NCBI RefSeq assembly: GCF_009914755.1 | Contig: NC_060926.1 | Strand: one strand, 5' to 3' | Source of the DNA: the human T2T-CHM13v2.0 reference genome, Homo sapiens | DNA: 64,000 nt | Shown here: positions 13,036 through 27,403 of the stretch, piece after piece | Position numbering within the stretch: position 1 is the stretch's first letter | How the letters are laid out: each line of letters begins with the position of its first letter | The notes under the pieces: model-generated | Told to the model about the DNA's origin: nothing | What the model saw: only the letters and a program-made list of their open reading frames with translations | The model's database searches: none | Position numbers and translations under genes: made by a program

Positions 13036-13632
13036 TGTGGATGCTGCTAGTGCTCCACACCTCATCTCCTCAGCCTGGGTGATCAGTTTTTCCCCTCATG
13101 AAGGGTTCCCACCTCAAGTGCTTGCTGAGTCTCCCAGCTCTCCTTTAGGGTTTTCTCCTAAGCTGTGGAAGTCTGTTCAGCCAGGAAATGCAAGAGAGCA
13201 AATGGTTCCTCTACTGATGAGTGACAAGAGCCTTCTGCCTTTCCAACATCCAGCACTGAGGTGCATTCTATACCAGGACATCTCAAACTTGAATGTGCAC
13301 AGGATCTCCTCGTGCAAATTATCGTTCAGGAAGTCTGGGATGGGGACTAGATTCTGCTTTTCTAACATGCTGCCAGCTAATGCTGAGGCTGGCCCATGGC
13401 CCACATTTTCAGTAGGAAGGTTCTATGGAATTTTCTTTGAAGGTCCCTCAGGGGTTTGAATCAGAATTGCCCACAGTGAGACCCAGCTCAATAGCACACT
13501 CTTTATTGATCTTCCCTCCTTCCTTGTCCACTACCTTTCTCTGGCTTCATAGGATCACCTTTCAAATAAATCACCTGCTGCCACCTAAGTCCTTGTTCAG
13601 ACTTGGCTTTTGGGAGCACCCACAGTAAGACA
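13036..13632 (+). mobile_element. ERVL solo LTR, LTR16C-like, interrupted by MER5B
   Basis: ttgcccacagtg...ggatcacctttcaaataaatcacctgc...cagtaagaca 3' end typical of LTR16. Confidence 0.75.
13274..13420 (+). mobile_element. MER5B hAT-Charlie MITE
   Basis: Starts caggacatctcaaactt, ends cacattttcagtaggaagg; TSD-like ttctatac/ttctatgg. Confidence 0.7.
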
Positions 13633-13759
13633 CTCCCCTTTACAGAGGAAGTTCATTGATTCAGGTCACACAGCTCCTAAAGAACTAGGGCTCCAGTATG
13701 AGTCTGACCTCCTAGCTCTTTGTACTGTACCTCATTGCTCTTTAGTAGTCTATGACTGC

Positions 13760-14190
13760 TTTGAGTTTTGAGTCCAGTTTTGGGAATGAAAACCCAAATA
13801 ACAATGGCTTAAACACAGTAAGAATTCATCTTTATCATATAAGAAGAAATCCTTAGGTATTCAGTTTGTGATACTGATTTGGTAACTCAGGGATTTTAAG
13901 ATGAGAGTTCTATGAGTCTCTTGACATTTTCCTTGTGGCTGTGAAAGGGCTGCCATGCCTCCAGCCACTATCTCTGGATTTCATGAAGGAGGATAATGGA
14001 AGACTGAAAGGCAAAAGGGTGCATGACAGCTGAGAATGCCTTCTCCTCCCTTTTAGAAACTTTCTTTGCAGCCCTGCCTAAAACCTTCCACATATGTTTT
14101 AAAGGTTAGAACTGTCATGTGGCTATTGCAATCTATAAACAGCTTTGGGAAAAGGTAGTTCTGAATGACTGTTATGTTGCTACCTCAACA
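13760..14190 (-). mobile_element. Old MaLR LTR (MLT1J/L-like)
   Basis: aaacccaaataacaatggcttaaaca...gttagaactgtcatgtggct in antisense. Confidence 0.55.
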
Positions 14191-15084
14191 CAATCACCCT
14201 AAGGTCACTCCCTTAGGACATTAATGGAGGGTTTAAGGAGTTCTTTTTGAAGGGTTTTATGTGATTTTTCCAAAGCTTTCTTTGTTCAAGTGTGGCATGA
14301 GATGGAAGTGGTGGTGGCAGACTGGGTGGGGCACTGTATCCCCTTTCTGGGCACCTCACTCCCTGGTACCATTTAGGGGTGAGATCTGGCCTAGAGGATT
14401 TTTTTGGGGTGGGGTGGAACACACAGTGGGGCTTTAACTCCAGGCTGGGTTGGCTTTCTCCCAAAGTATAAGAACTCAAAGACAGTTTATGACCTCTGGG
14501 ACTAATTTCCTTCTAAAGACCCCCATCTGGTCATCAGGAGAAATTAATATTCTTTCTATTAACATAACCTTAACCCTGTTTATAGCAGACTAATAACACT
14601 GGCCTTATTATGCCAAGAGGGCATCAGTCCCTTCCTGCCTGGTTATGCTTCAAAGCTTTCTAACATTGACTCACAGCGAAGGACACGCAGCTCAAGAGGT
14701 TTCTCCCTGATCTGCAGTTTCTCATCCCCCCAGCACATCCTTCTATTGTAGTCATATATCAACCAGACAGATATTAGGTTTTTAAGCAGGTACCTTTCCA
14801 CTGGCTTGTGAGCATCTGCAGTATCATGACTTAATTCTTATCCTTCCAAATGCCTGCAATTAATCGACTGTGGATATAGCAGTGATACAACCCAGTTCCC
14901 TTATCTCCTAGAACTTGGAATCTTTTACCCAAAGCGGGTACTTAAAAATTCCAAGTTCTCCTGGAACTTGGACTCTTTTACTTAAAGTAGGTTCTATGTG
15001 TTGAATTGAATTAGTCATTCAAAGAATGATAAAAATTTAAATGTAGAAAGGTCCTTGAAGATGTTTTTCCTCCAGATTTTAAGA

Positions 15085-15362
15085 TCAGCCAGCTTGGGTC
15101 TGTCACTGAAATTCATTGTGTGAATATAAACACACTGACTCGTCTCTTTGTCTTCAGTTTCCACACTTATAAAATGGAGCTGATAATCCTGCAAGAGTGT
15201 TGAGTACTTACTATGTGCCAGGCACTGTTCTAATTATACGTGTATTAACTAATTTCTTATCATTGAGTTCTTACCAAATGGAAGTGAATTAATACATGAA
15301 AAATGCTTAGCATGGTATCTGGCACATGACAAGCCTTCATATATTAGCAGCTGTTATTATAA
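15085..15362. mobile_element. MIR pieces in mixed orientation
   Basis: Plus-strand core cagtttccacacttataaaatgg, antisense tactatgtgccaggcactgttcta, plus-strand tail tggcacatga...tattagc. Confidence 0.7.
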
Positions 15363-17121
15363 TCAGTTCTCAATTCTTGCCCAAGGTTAATGTTTGTTTT
15401 GAGGTCTGTTTGCAGCATCTATTTTCTTCTTCTTTTAAAATTTAGGGGAGTGTTTGTTCATGTTCCAGGCTTTCAGCACCTCTGCCCACCCATATCTATA
15501 TTCCTGGGCTATCTGCTTTAAATTGTCCTCTCATTCTGTATCCTCCTCCCCGTGTGAAAATATTTCCTTTTCTTGGTGGTGCTGGCAGTGGCAAAAGGAG
15601 TAGTCCAGGTTTTGCAATGCCCTTAAAATTTCAAAGTCTATCTTTATAGCCTTACTGATATTTTCTTTTCTTCCATAACACCACCAAAAGAGAAAAAAAA
15701 GAAAAAAAGAAAAACCTGTAAGTTGTAAGAACTGGGTAGAAGGAGGTCATTGTCACAATACACTACATTTATAAAGTGCTTTGGAGCTTACAAAGACCGT
15801 TCACCTATCTCTTCTCACTTAAGCCTCTCGGCAGCCCCAGGTGGTCCTCATCGGAATCCTCGCGATAGAATTGGCCAGTAAGTTTTAAAGTCACTTTCAA
15901 AGAGTAGGACAACTGTCATAGACAGTCATCTGGTGGATTCTTAGTTTAGATCCTGTAGCAAGCTTGAAAATTGTCACTGTGGGTAACTGAAGGTAGACTG
16001 AGTCCTGGACAATGAGCTTCCTGAGGAGAGGAATGACGTCACTCATGGAACATCCCCAGGGCCTGGATCAATAAACTCGTGCTCAATGAGTCAGTGAATA
16101 AGTGGTGAGAAAAAAACATTAACATTTTATTATTTGAATAGCCACAACTGAAATTATTCAAATTTTGAAAGTTCAAACTTTTCAGTTCTCAGTGAATTGT
16201 CCATTGGAGTAATAACCAGTCACAAACTTGGAAGCTGTTAAGCCTCCTTCTTCAGGGGATTGAGGTGTTTATGTGGGGTGGGAAGAGAGGGTTTTAGTTG
16301 AGGGAGATCCTTGGCTGGGGTCTTTGAAAATCGGAGTGCATTTTTCAAACTGTACCTACAAAGGTTTGGCCAAGAAAGAGTACAAGACATTCAATGGGAG
16401 CCAATACATGAGCTCAATGAAGCCACAGAGCCAAAGATCCCCACACACTTGTGTTTGAAGGCAGACGGCAGACTTCCTGGGTGTCCGACTTTGGAATTCT
16501 TTCATTGTGCGATGTTTTACATTTGACCCAGTTTCCTGGGCAGTCTCTTAATGGTTCTTTGGGATAGAGAGGGAAGGAAGGTTCTGGGAGAATTTTGAGA
16601 GTCTGATGACAGCTCTGCACTCACTCTAGAAAAATGCACATATACACATATGGACAGCTCTGCTCCTCCAGATCAGAGGACCTAGTAAAATACCTCCTGT
16701 CTCTCCCCATGCTTCCCCCGAAAGAGAGTTGAATTGTCTGTGTTTCTAAATGTTTTTTAATGTGTTCCATTTTCCCCAGCTTTGTCCTCTTTCTGAGAAC
16801 AATGGTCACTCCACTGTCCAAATTACTCTTTGTGCTATCTTGGGCTGTCTTCAGTTCAGCACTTTGGTAGTGAATTCTGACAGCTGCTGGAGAACGGGGG
16901 GGCTCACCCTTGCTCCAGTCACTCCATTAGCTGGGAACCACCTATTGATCATCTGCTCTCCACAGAACAGGACATATTCCTTAGCTTTGGCTACATCCCT
17001 GAAGGCATAAAAAAAGAGGTGAGGTTGATGCTGGGAGAGTTTGCTGAGAGGATTTAAAAAGTCAGTTGTGATATTTTTGGGGAGGATGGGGCCAGGAAAG
17101 AGGAGAAAGAGAGGTGAATTA

Positions 17122-19485
17122 CAGGCATACCTTGTTTTATGGCACTTTGCTTTATTGCCCTTTGAAGCAATTGCGTTTTTTACAAATTGAAGGCCTGTGC
17201 AGTCCTGCATCAAACAAGTCTGTTGGTGTGATTTTCCCAGCAACAAGTGCTCACTGCAGTCTCTGTGTCACAGTTTGGTAATCTTCACAGTATTTCAAAC
17301 TGTTTCATTATTATTATATCTGTTATGATGATCTGTGGTCAGTGATCTTTGATGTTACCATTGGAATTGTCTTGAACTGTGCCTGCATAAGCTGACGAAC
17401 TTAATCAGTAAATGTATGTGTTCTGACTGCTCCACCAACCAGCCATTCCTTCATCTCTCTCCCTCTACTTGGACCTTCCTATTACCTGAAAAACAACAAT
17501 ATTGAAATTAGGCCAATTAATAATTCTACAATATCCTTTAGGTATTCAAGTGAAAGAAAGGCAAAGTCACTTGATGCTCACTTTAAATCAAAAGTTATAA
17601 ATAATTAATATTAGGGAGGAAGGCATGCAGAAAGCCGAAATAGGCTGAAAGTTAGGCTTTTGCACTAAACAATTAGAGAAGTTGTGAATGCAAAGGAGAA
17701 GTTCTTGAAGGAAATTAACAGTGCTACTCCAGTGAACACATGAATGATATGAAAGCGAAACGGCCCCATTGCTGATGTGAAGAAAGTTTGGGTGGTCTGG
17801 ATAGAAGGTCAAACCAGCCACAACATTCCCTTAAGCCAAAGCTTAATCCAAAAGAAGGCCCTAACTCTCTCCAATTTTATCAAAGCTGAGAGAGGTGAGG
17901 AAGCTACAGAAAAAAAAAGTTTGAAGATAGCAGAGGTTTGTCCATTGATGTTTATGGAAAGAAACCATTTCTATGACATGAAAATGCAAGGTGAAGCAGC
18001 AGTGTTGATGGAGAAGCTGCAGAAAGTTATCTAGAAGACCTAACTAAGACAAATGATGAAGGTGGCTAGCTAAACAATAGAATTTCAATGTAGATGAAAC
18101 AGCCTTGTTTGTATTGGGAGAAGATGACATGTAGGACTTTCTAAGCTAGAAAGAAGTCGATGCCTGGCTTCAAAGCTTCAAAGGACAGGTTGACTATCTT
18201 GTTAGGGGCTAATATAGCTGGTGACTTTAAATTTAAGCCAATGCTTATTTATAATTTCAAAATCCTGAGGTTTTTTGAGAATTATGCTAAATCTACTCTG
18301 CTTGTACTCTATAAATGGAAAAACAAAGCTTGGATGACAACACACCTGTTTACAGCAGGGTTTACTAAATATTTTAAACCCACTGTTGAGACTGACTGCT
18401 CAGAAAAAAATATTCCTTTCAAAATATTCATCGACAATACACCTGGTCACCCAAGAGCTCTAATGGAGATGTACAAGGAGGCTAATGTTGTTTTCATTCC
18501 TGCTAACACCACATCCATTCTGCAACTCAGGGTTCAAGGCATAACTCTGATGTTCAAGTCTTATTATTTAAGAAACACATTTGTAAGGCTAGAGCTGCCA
18601 TAGATAGTGATTCTTCTGATGGATATGGTCTAAGTAAAATTCTTTCTGGAAAGGATTCAACATTCTAGATGCTACTAAACACATTTATGATTCATGGGAG
18701 GAGGTCAAAATATCAACATGAACAAGAATTTGAAAGAAATTGATTGCAACTCTCATGGTTGACTTTGAAGGGCTCAAGACTTTAGTGGAGGAAGTAGCCA
18801 CAGGTTAGGTGGAAATAGCAAGAGAACTAGAATGACAAGTGGAGCCAGAAGATGTGACTGCATTCCTGCAATCTCATGATAAAACTTGAACAGACGAGGA
18901 GTTGCTTCTTATGGTTGAGCATGGAAAGTGGTTTCTTGAGATGGAATCTATTCCTGCTGAATATGCTGTGAATACTGTTGATCTGACAACAAAAAATTTA
19001 AAATATTATATAAACTTAGCTGATAAGGCAGTGGAAGGGTTTGAGAGGATTGACTCCAATTTTGAAAGAAGTTCTATTGTAGTAAAATGCTATCAAACAG
19101 GAATGCATGCTACAAGGAAAACTTTCATGAAAGAAAGAGTCCATTAATGTGGCAAACTTTACCGTTGTTTTATTTTAAGAAATCACCACAGCCCTCCCAA
19201 CCTTTAGCAACCACCGCCCTGATTAGTCGGCAGCCAGAAACACTGAGGCAAGACCTTCCACCAGCAAAAGGATTGTGACTTGCTGAAAGCCCAGATGATT
19301 GTCAGAATTTTTTTAGCAGTGAAGTATTTTTAAAGTAAGATATGTACCATTTTTAGATATAATGCTATCGAATACCTAACAGACTACAGTATAGTGTAAA
19401 CATAACTTTTATATGCACAAGGAAACAAAAAATTCATATGGCTTGCTTTAGCATCATTTGCTTTATTGAAGTGGCCTGGAACCAA
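17122..19485 (+). mobile_element. Tigger1 (TcMar/pogo) DNA transposon, near full length, right TIR missing
   Basis: TA followed by left TIR caggcataccttgttttat; transposase fragments [12 protein letters not shown]...KAWMT...DNTPGHP in the ORF track; ends at gtggcctggaacc before the expected ...gaggtatgcctg. Confidence 0.95.
17620..19278 (+). pseudogene. Disrupted Tigger1 transposase (CENP-B-like HTH plus DDE domain)
   Basis: ORF pieces 17777-18034, 18160-18603, 18902-19147 and 19087-19278 in different frames. Confidence 0.85.
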
Positions 19486-20082
19486 AAATAAATGATTGAT
19501 GGTTAATGATGTCACTGTGTTTTCTCTCAGATTGTCCTTGCAGGAGATGAGTAATCAAAGGTTCTTGATTTCCATCAAACTGTTCCCTTTCCTGATCCTT
19601 ATCTTAATTCTTCTATAGTAATCTACCAGGTTTTTTTGCTTATACGTATTCCCAAATTTGTGTATTTTTGGCCAGTAGGGACACGGCATGAGGCGTACTC
19701 TGATTACTGCCCTTCTGCTGGGTCAGTTATATGAGTTTTCCCAGATGGGCTTTTTCCACTCTGAGCTATTGATTGGTTGCCTTTGCTATAGGCTCAGTGA
19801 TCAAATTTCCTGCTGCTGAGAGAGGGACAGAAAGGAAGAAGAGTAGTTGGTTGAGGCCTTGAGACACGTGGGGCCATCCCCTTAGTTCATTTGCCTTTAT
19901 AAAAATAATGTGAAGGCCTATAGGCCACATCAATAGATGCACCAACATTTGCAATGCAAACATAATTCTAGTGAAAATAATCACACTACAATATTCATTT
20001 AAGCAATGCTTACTAGGATCCACCTTTATTTAGCAAGGCGCCGTGCTTAGCAGAAGAAAGCAAGCTGTTGAAAATATTCACT

Positions 20083-20383
<301 letters not shown>

Positions 20384-21334
20384 TCACTGTTAGCTTCTGT
20401 GTTATTGCTCCATGGAGAGACCTGCAAATACTCTCAGGCTTCCTTCTTCCTTCCAGAGGACTGAGGCTCCCTTTCGATTTATATCCAACCTCTACACTTG
20501 AACTGCCTCCTTGTGTTGGAGGATCAATTTAGAATACTCTTCAAGTGTTTTCTTTTCCCAGCATGTTTTTCAGTTCTCTTGCTTGACTCCATGACAGCCA
20601 TTCGTCAGCCATTTCCAATTTTACTTTGCTTTCACACCGTAGTAGAAATGCCACACTTCTAGTTATTTTTACAAGTATCACCTTAATACTCAAAATGCCC
20701 TCTAAAGTTTATTGAGGCCCTCAGGTTCAGAAATATGAGCTCGAGTTTTTGTTGGGCTTGACCTATTGACCCACGAGAGCATCTGGTGTGGTTCCTACAG
20801 CTGCCCTCCGCTTGTGGAGCCTTTTACCCACAGGAGCTGCCTTTGATGGACTTTTCTGGGAGGAGGGTTATTCCCGAATGGATTTCTCTCTGAAGACCCC
20901 ACCAGGTCTGGCAGAGAAAACAATGATAAGGAGAAGGCAAACAGGGAGCTGAAGGATTGCTTCACAAGAACAGCAAGAACAACTACAATGAGGAAAATCG
21001 CTTTGAAGTGAAGCGAACCCCTGAACTTTCTCAGTTATTCTAACAATCAGAGGGAAGGGTGGAGGACCACAGCGGCAGAAGAGACGGCAGTGCATTTGGG
21101 CAGCACTGAATGTGGGCCTTTGCTAGTTGCACAGTGAGTGCCAGGTGTCCTGCAGCTCAGAATCCTCTCCTCCATCCTCTGAGTTCTATTCAAATGTCCA
21201 CTAAAGCACTTATTGGCTGATCCCATTAGGCTGAGTTAATTTACTTCCCCTGGCTAGAGGGATCCTCAAAGATAAGGACCTCCTCCTATTTGTCCCTGAA
21301 TCCCCAGGGCCTGGCCTAATGTGGGACCCAATAA

Positions 21335-21772
<438 letters not shown>

Positions 21773-23774
21773 TGGGGTCCATTTCTTAACACCTTTGCAT
21801 TCCCAGAACCTTGAGGAGTGCCCAGGGCATGGGAGGCTGTCATCTGTGTGTGCAAAGTATACAGGAAGCCTCAGCTGAATAAGACAGTCATCCAGGCTCT
21901 TTCTCCCACCTTGCTGACATCTGAAGGGAGTCACCATTCCTTTGGCCTGTAAAGTCACCTTTACTGCTACGAAACCGCCTATAAAAAGTTGGAACCAGGC
22001 AGCTATTTTAGATGCCTCTGGTGAGGTGAACTGAAGAAATAGTTAAACGTTAGAAGGCCTGAGTTCTAGTTCTCCACTAGTTAACTATGTGATCTTGGGT
22101 ACAGGAGTTACTCATAGAATGTGGTGACAATAATACCCATGATATCTACTTCATTGAATTTTTATTTTTTATATTTTTAGTGGCTTTTAAAGAAATAGAA
22201 AAGTAATGCATGTTTATGGTAAGAAGTCATACATTGTATATCATGGGTTTTCTTATTATAATGTTTTGCTGGGGCCATGTCCTCTGCTCCTTAGATTTCC
22301 TATTAGATATAAAAGTGAGACTGCAGACCTGACTGATTCTTTGTGGAGGAAACTTTGGATCTTGTGCCTGCTCTCTATCCAGCTCCCTGCTATTCAAACT
22401 GCTTCTTGAAGTCTTGACTTCCTCAGCTGTAGTTTAAAGAAAGTTCTTTCCCTTCCAGACTAGCTGTAGGGGAGCACAGCTTTTGCATAGAATTCAAGGT
22501 GGGGGCTTCAGAGAGATGGCAAGGGAGGGCAGCTCTGTGCCCCCTCAGCACTCCCTGGCAGGAGGCCTGTGATGTGACATCCCAGGGACCCTGGGTGTGC
22601 GTTTGTTTGGTCTTGGTTTCTAGGCTTCAGTGAGGGTTATTATCTTATTGTTTCCTGTTCCCTTGGCCTCACGTCAATTCTGTCTGATGCCTACACCTTC
22701 GAGGTCTCTGTTTTGACACGCGGTTTGTGGCTGGGAACCCCACAGTGTCCCGAAAACATTTGCTTGACCTGTTGGGGACATCCTTCCCCTTTTTAGTGAA
22801 ACAATGCCTTCCAGAGCACAAGGGCTTGAGGGCTTTGGACCTTTCCAGCAGTGTCAAATTTAGATTCCAAATGTCAATCTTGCCGTGGCTTCATCCTTGA
22901 CTTCTCTTTCTTGAGAATCTATGCTCTTTGGCTAACAGCTAAGGGCCAGTTAGCTGCCTGCTTTCACAGTTGTTGTCTGTGGAAATTTGATATCAGCTGT
23001 GAAGTGTGTGCCTGGTAATGAACACAGTACAGCTCTGCAAGCACTGTAGCTCATGGTGAAGTACTGCAGGCAGATTGGACAGGGATTCAGGAGAATCCTG
23101 AATTTAACTTGGAGAGGGGTCTGTTTAGGATGTTAATCTGCATTTCCTGTCCTGGAAGACAAAGCACAGAAGGTTTGGAATATAGCCTGTGTTTGGCTTT
23201 GAATGCCAAACAGGTGCTGACACTGAGCCTTTTCCACAGCTGCCCTGGGATGACACCTAAAAAATTGGTCATTAAAAGGAATCCCTGAGATGATGCTTCC
23301 CATCTTCTGGGGGGTCCTAGCTCCTCTTTGGGAAATAGGTGAAAGCTGTGTTCCCAGGAACATGCATCAACATGCTTACTGTTTTGCACTAGGGTCTTAT
23401 TTTCATCTCAGGGAGACCCACTGGACCAAAGTCTCTAGCATCGTCGTAGCTTGCACACAAAATGGATCACACTGGTCATTTCCCCACCTTTGACACAGTG
23501 TCCACTCTCCTGTGGGCTGTGTTTGTGTACTTTGAGCAGTCTTGGTTACATCTTAAAGCCAAATGCTCATCAGATGCAGGAAGCACCCAGTCACTCTGCA
23601 ATGAGGAAAACTTAATATAGCTGTAAACATTTTATATGGGTCTTTACTACTGTTATTTAACTAAGTCTCACATTACTGTGCACCTGGGGAGCTGTACTGT
23701 GCAGCTGGGTGACAGATGGATGGGTCAGGAACAGGAAGGGACCATTAGGAGTTCAGTGTGTTTGGAAGCATCCT

Positions 23775-23950
23775 AGCTTCGAAATCAGACAGACTCGGGC
23801 TTGACTCTTGGCTCTGTCCTGTAAATCATCTGACCTCTTGGAAACCTTACCTCATCTGCAGAATGGGATCAACACAATATGAACGTCAGCAAGATGAAGA
23901 TTCATTAAACAATGTGTGCAAAAACCTTCCTAGAGTGTCCCATCAGTGTT
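23775..23950 (+). mobile_element. MIR
   Basis: aatcagacagactcgggcttgactcttggctctg...cctcatctgcagaatggg. Confidence 0.7.
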
Positions 23951-24509
23951 TATGTAGGAGTGCCCCACTTGTGCAGGGCCTGTGGCTGGTCAGACATGGA
24001 CTGCCCTGGCTCTGGTGTCAGCCCTGGTGCCAGTGCTTCATGCAGCTCATGTGCAGGTTTTTTCTTCCTTACTTGGGTTTCCTAATTTCATGCTCAAGGT
24101 TTGGCCATCCTGAGAAATTCTGATCTCCTTATATGGAGAGGATTTTGTGGCTCTGCTTGGGGCATGGGGGTTGCTATATAGCAGATGTGGGTGTGCAGAC
24201 ATCCCCCCAACCTTTTTTTTCCTGGAGGTTGCTGTGGCCAGGCCTCTCCTGTTCAGGGGAGGCAGCTGGCTGCACAGAAAGGTTTGGTATGGCAAGAGCT
24301 GGTGAAACCACCAGATCCATGTAGGGATTAGGCCCTAGACTTGCTATTTTCATGTGTTCCTCAAATGAGCTCAGGGCATAAAGGCACAATTTAGGAAACC
24401 TCATTTCTAAATACTTCCATCTGTGCTGTATATTGAGATGCAAAGGTTAAAGGAAACTCTAAGGGAAAATTAAATTCATGAAACAGATAAATCAAGTGTT
24501 TTGATTTTC

Positions 24510-24705
24510 TACCTACCTACCTACTTACCTACCTACCTACCTACTATAGATAGTAATAGAGGCTCTCCATATCCAGAAGGATGTTTGTTTATATACATCC
24601 ATTATTATGGAGAGAAAAAACACTCTTCATCTCCCCAATCTGTCCATTTGTCCATCCATCCATCCTTCCATTTATCCATCCATCCATCCCTCCATCCACT
24701 CATCC
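24510..24705. repeat. (CTAC)n and (CCAT)n tetranucleotide repeats
   Basis: Visible at ~24510-24545 and ~24640-24705. Confidence 0.9.
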
Positions 24706-24789
24706 GTCACACCTACTATATTCAAGGTACTGCGAGGACTAAAAGATTTTAAGTATCATGGTTGTCTTTTGTGTGGACCCAGGTTAGGG

Positions 24790-25000
24790 TAGTGCTTGAG
24801 TCCTTAGATTTTGGAGTCCAACAGACAACCTTGGGTTCATAGTTCTGCTCTTCATTCACTGAGGAAACTTCCGTAGATTATTTACTGGTTGAAACTACAG
24901 TTTCCTCATGAAAAAAAGGAGGAGGCGTGAGGAGCAAATGAAATAATACATATGAAGCAATTTGCCTCAGTTTGGGTGTGTATTAAATCCTCATAAAAGT
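24790..25000 (+). mobile_element. MIR
   Basis: ttttggagtccaacagac...ctacagtttcctcat...gaggagcaaatgaaataatacat. Confidence 0.7.
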
Positions 25001-25459
25001 AACTGGCACAATGTGAGACTATAATGAAGGCTCACTAAATAGAATATAATTGCATAATTGGTCTAGTGGCAAAGACAAAGCACCTCTGAAATGTTTCCAT
25101 ACTATTTCACTTGTAAACATTTAAAGTACTTGCAAGTTTCAGGCATACACTGTGTGCATGCATATGTGCATTCATGCTTTGTGAGCATATGTGTATGTGT
25201 GTGTGTGCATGTGTAAATCAAGGAATATGTACTCAATGGGGAAGACTTGCCCTACATGCTTTTGGTGACAAATTCTCAATTTAGATTTCCAAGTGGCAAT
25301 TTTAGAAGGTATTGTCTTCCTTCCCAACACCAGTTTTATAATATATAAGTCCACTGGGGATGTATATTTCAGTTGTGTTCTTCATGTATTCTTTGTTATT
25401 AGTAGTTCCTTTTGTTGTCTTGGTTGATACCATTTTTTGGTAAAGAATCTTGTCTTTTC

Positions 25460-26531
25460 ATTGGTGTAGGTAAGGACTTCGTGACCAAAAACTCAAAAGC
25501 AAATGCAACAAAAACAAAGATAAATAGATGGGACTTAATTAAACTAAAAAGCTTCTGCACAGCAAAAGAAATAATCAGCAGAGTAAACAGGCAACCATGG
25601 AGTGGGATAAATCTTCACAACCTAGACATCTGACAAAAGACTAATATCCAGAATCTACAAGGAACTCAAACAAATCAGCAAGAAGAAAACCAAACAATCC
25701 CATCAAAAAGTGGGCTAATGACATGAATAGACAATTCTCAAAAGAAGATACACAAATGTCCAACAAACATGAAAAAATGCTCATCATTACTAATGATCAG
25801 GGAAATGCAAATCAAAACCAAAATTCCGTACCACCTTACTCCTGCAAGAATGGCCATAATCAAAAAAGCAAAAAAATAATAGATGTTGGTATAGATGTGG
25901 TGAAAAGAGAACACTTTTACACTGCTGATCAGAATGTAAACTAGCACAACCACTATGCAAACAGTGTGGAGATTCCTTAAAGAACTAAAAGGAGAACTAC
26001 CATTTGATCCAGCAATCCCACTATTGGGTGCCTATCCAGAGAAAAAGAAGTCATCATATGAAAAAGATACTTGCACATACATGTTTATAGCAGCACAATT
26101 TACAATTGCAAAAATATGAAACCAGCCAAATGCCCATCAATCAACGAGTGGTTAAAGAAATTGTGGTATATATATACCATGGAGTACTACTCAGCCATAA
26201 AAAGGAATGAAATAATGGCATTTGCAACAACCCACACAGAATTGGAGACCATTATTCTAAGTGAAGTAACTCAGGAATGGAAAACCAAACATCTTATGTT
26301 CTCACTCATAAATGGGAGCTATGAGGATGCAAAGGCATAAGAATGATACAATGGACTTTGGGGACTCAGGGAAATGGTGGGAGGGGGTGAGAGATAAAAG
26401 ACTACACACTGGGTACAGTGTACACTGCTCAGGTGATGGGTTCACCAAAATCTCAGAAATCACCACTAAGGAACTTATCCGTGTAACTAAATACAACTTG
26501 TTCCCCCAAAACCTATTGAAATTAAAAAAAA
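25460..26531 (+). mobile_element. 5'-truncated L1PB (L1PB1-like): ORF2 3' end, 3'UTR and A tail
   Basis: ORF2 peptides [25 protein letters not shown] and WYIYTMEYYSAIKRNE; 3'UTR aaatctcagaaatcaccactaa...ccccaaaacctattgaaattaaaaaaaa. Confidence 0.92.
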
Positions 26532-27293
26532 ATCATTCCATTAAAAAAAAACAGTTCTCTTTTGTGCCTGGATTGCCAATGATTATGGCTATTAACAGTT
26601 TATTGCACTTCGCTATTAGTCAAGTATTCCTTCTCAATATTCTGATTTCTCAAATATCCTTATTTCTATCATCGTTTTATTCAGACTCTTCACATGTATC
26701 CTTCTTGTAAAGTCATTAAGAAAACAGTATTCAAGCAAATGATAAAAAGGAGATTTGACTTCTAGGCACTAGGAGGAAGATTTTAATGTCTTGATAAAGG
26801 ATACTGTGGAAGAGACTCTGTCTTCAGTCGGAAACTGTCCTGTCTTGGAATAATCACTGCTGGAGGGAAGGTCCCAACTCTCATACCAAATATTTCCCAT
26901 TTATTCTTACCAGGTTGGTTCTGACAGATACTTTATCTCAAGTGTCTTTGCAGCAAATCCTAAAGGCATATCTAGAAGATTATTTAATAACATCTGGAAG
27001 CACAGACAAGAGAGATGGTAAAGGAAATAAAGCAATCCAAATGAACTGAGCAAATCTGGGACATGACATCCTAGACCTTGCTAGGAGCGGATAATGGTGC
27101 TTTCAGCCAACTGCGGGGAAAGGGATTAGGAAAAATAAGCTAGGAAACAGACCACCCAGGCTGAGATGCTCATTCTTGTTTTACAATTTAAAGTGTAAAG
27201 GAAATCCAAATTAATTTCTCAGGATAGCATCACCTGCTTTGTGTCAGGGAACAAACAGTGAGTCAGAAGTGTCATATAAAACCCAATAGCAAC

Positions 27294-27403
27294 GAGTTGA
27301 TTCTGCACCGAGGTTTGCAGAATGGGAATGCGACTTCCCTGGCTCCATGACTTGATTCTGCACTGACGTTCACAGAATGGGAATGCAACTTCCCTGGCTC
27401 CAT
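27294..27403. repeat. Two-copy 55-bp tandem duplication
   Basis: Units 27294-27348 and 27349-27403 with 6 mismatches in 55 bp. Confidence 0.92.

Noticed and set aside
15195-15335. Possible miRNA-like hairpin from opposed MIR tails
   Set aside because: Pairing is short and interrupted; no support beyond repeat geometry.
18160-18603. 147-aa DDE-like ORF as a domesticated TIGD/JRK-type gene
   Set aside because: One fragment of a frameshifted Tigger1 transposase, with stops on both sides.
27294-27403. CRISPR-like repeat with an internal hairpin
   Set aside because: Only two adjacent units, no spacers, eukaryotic context.
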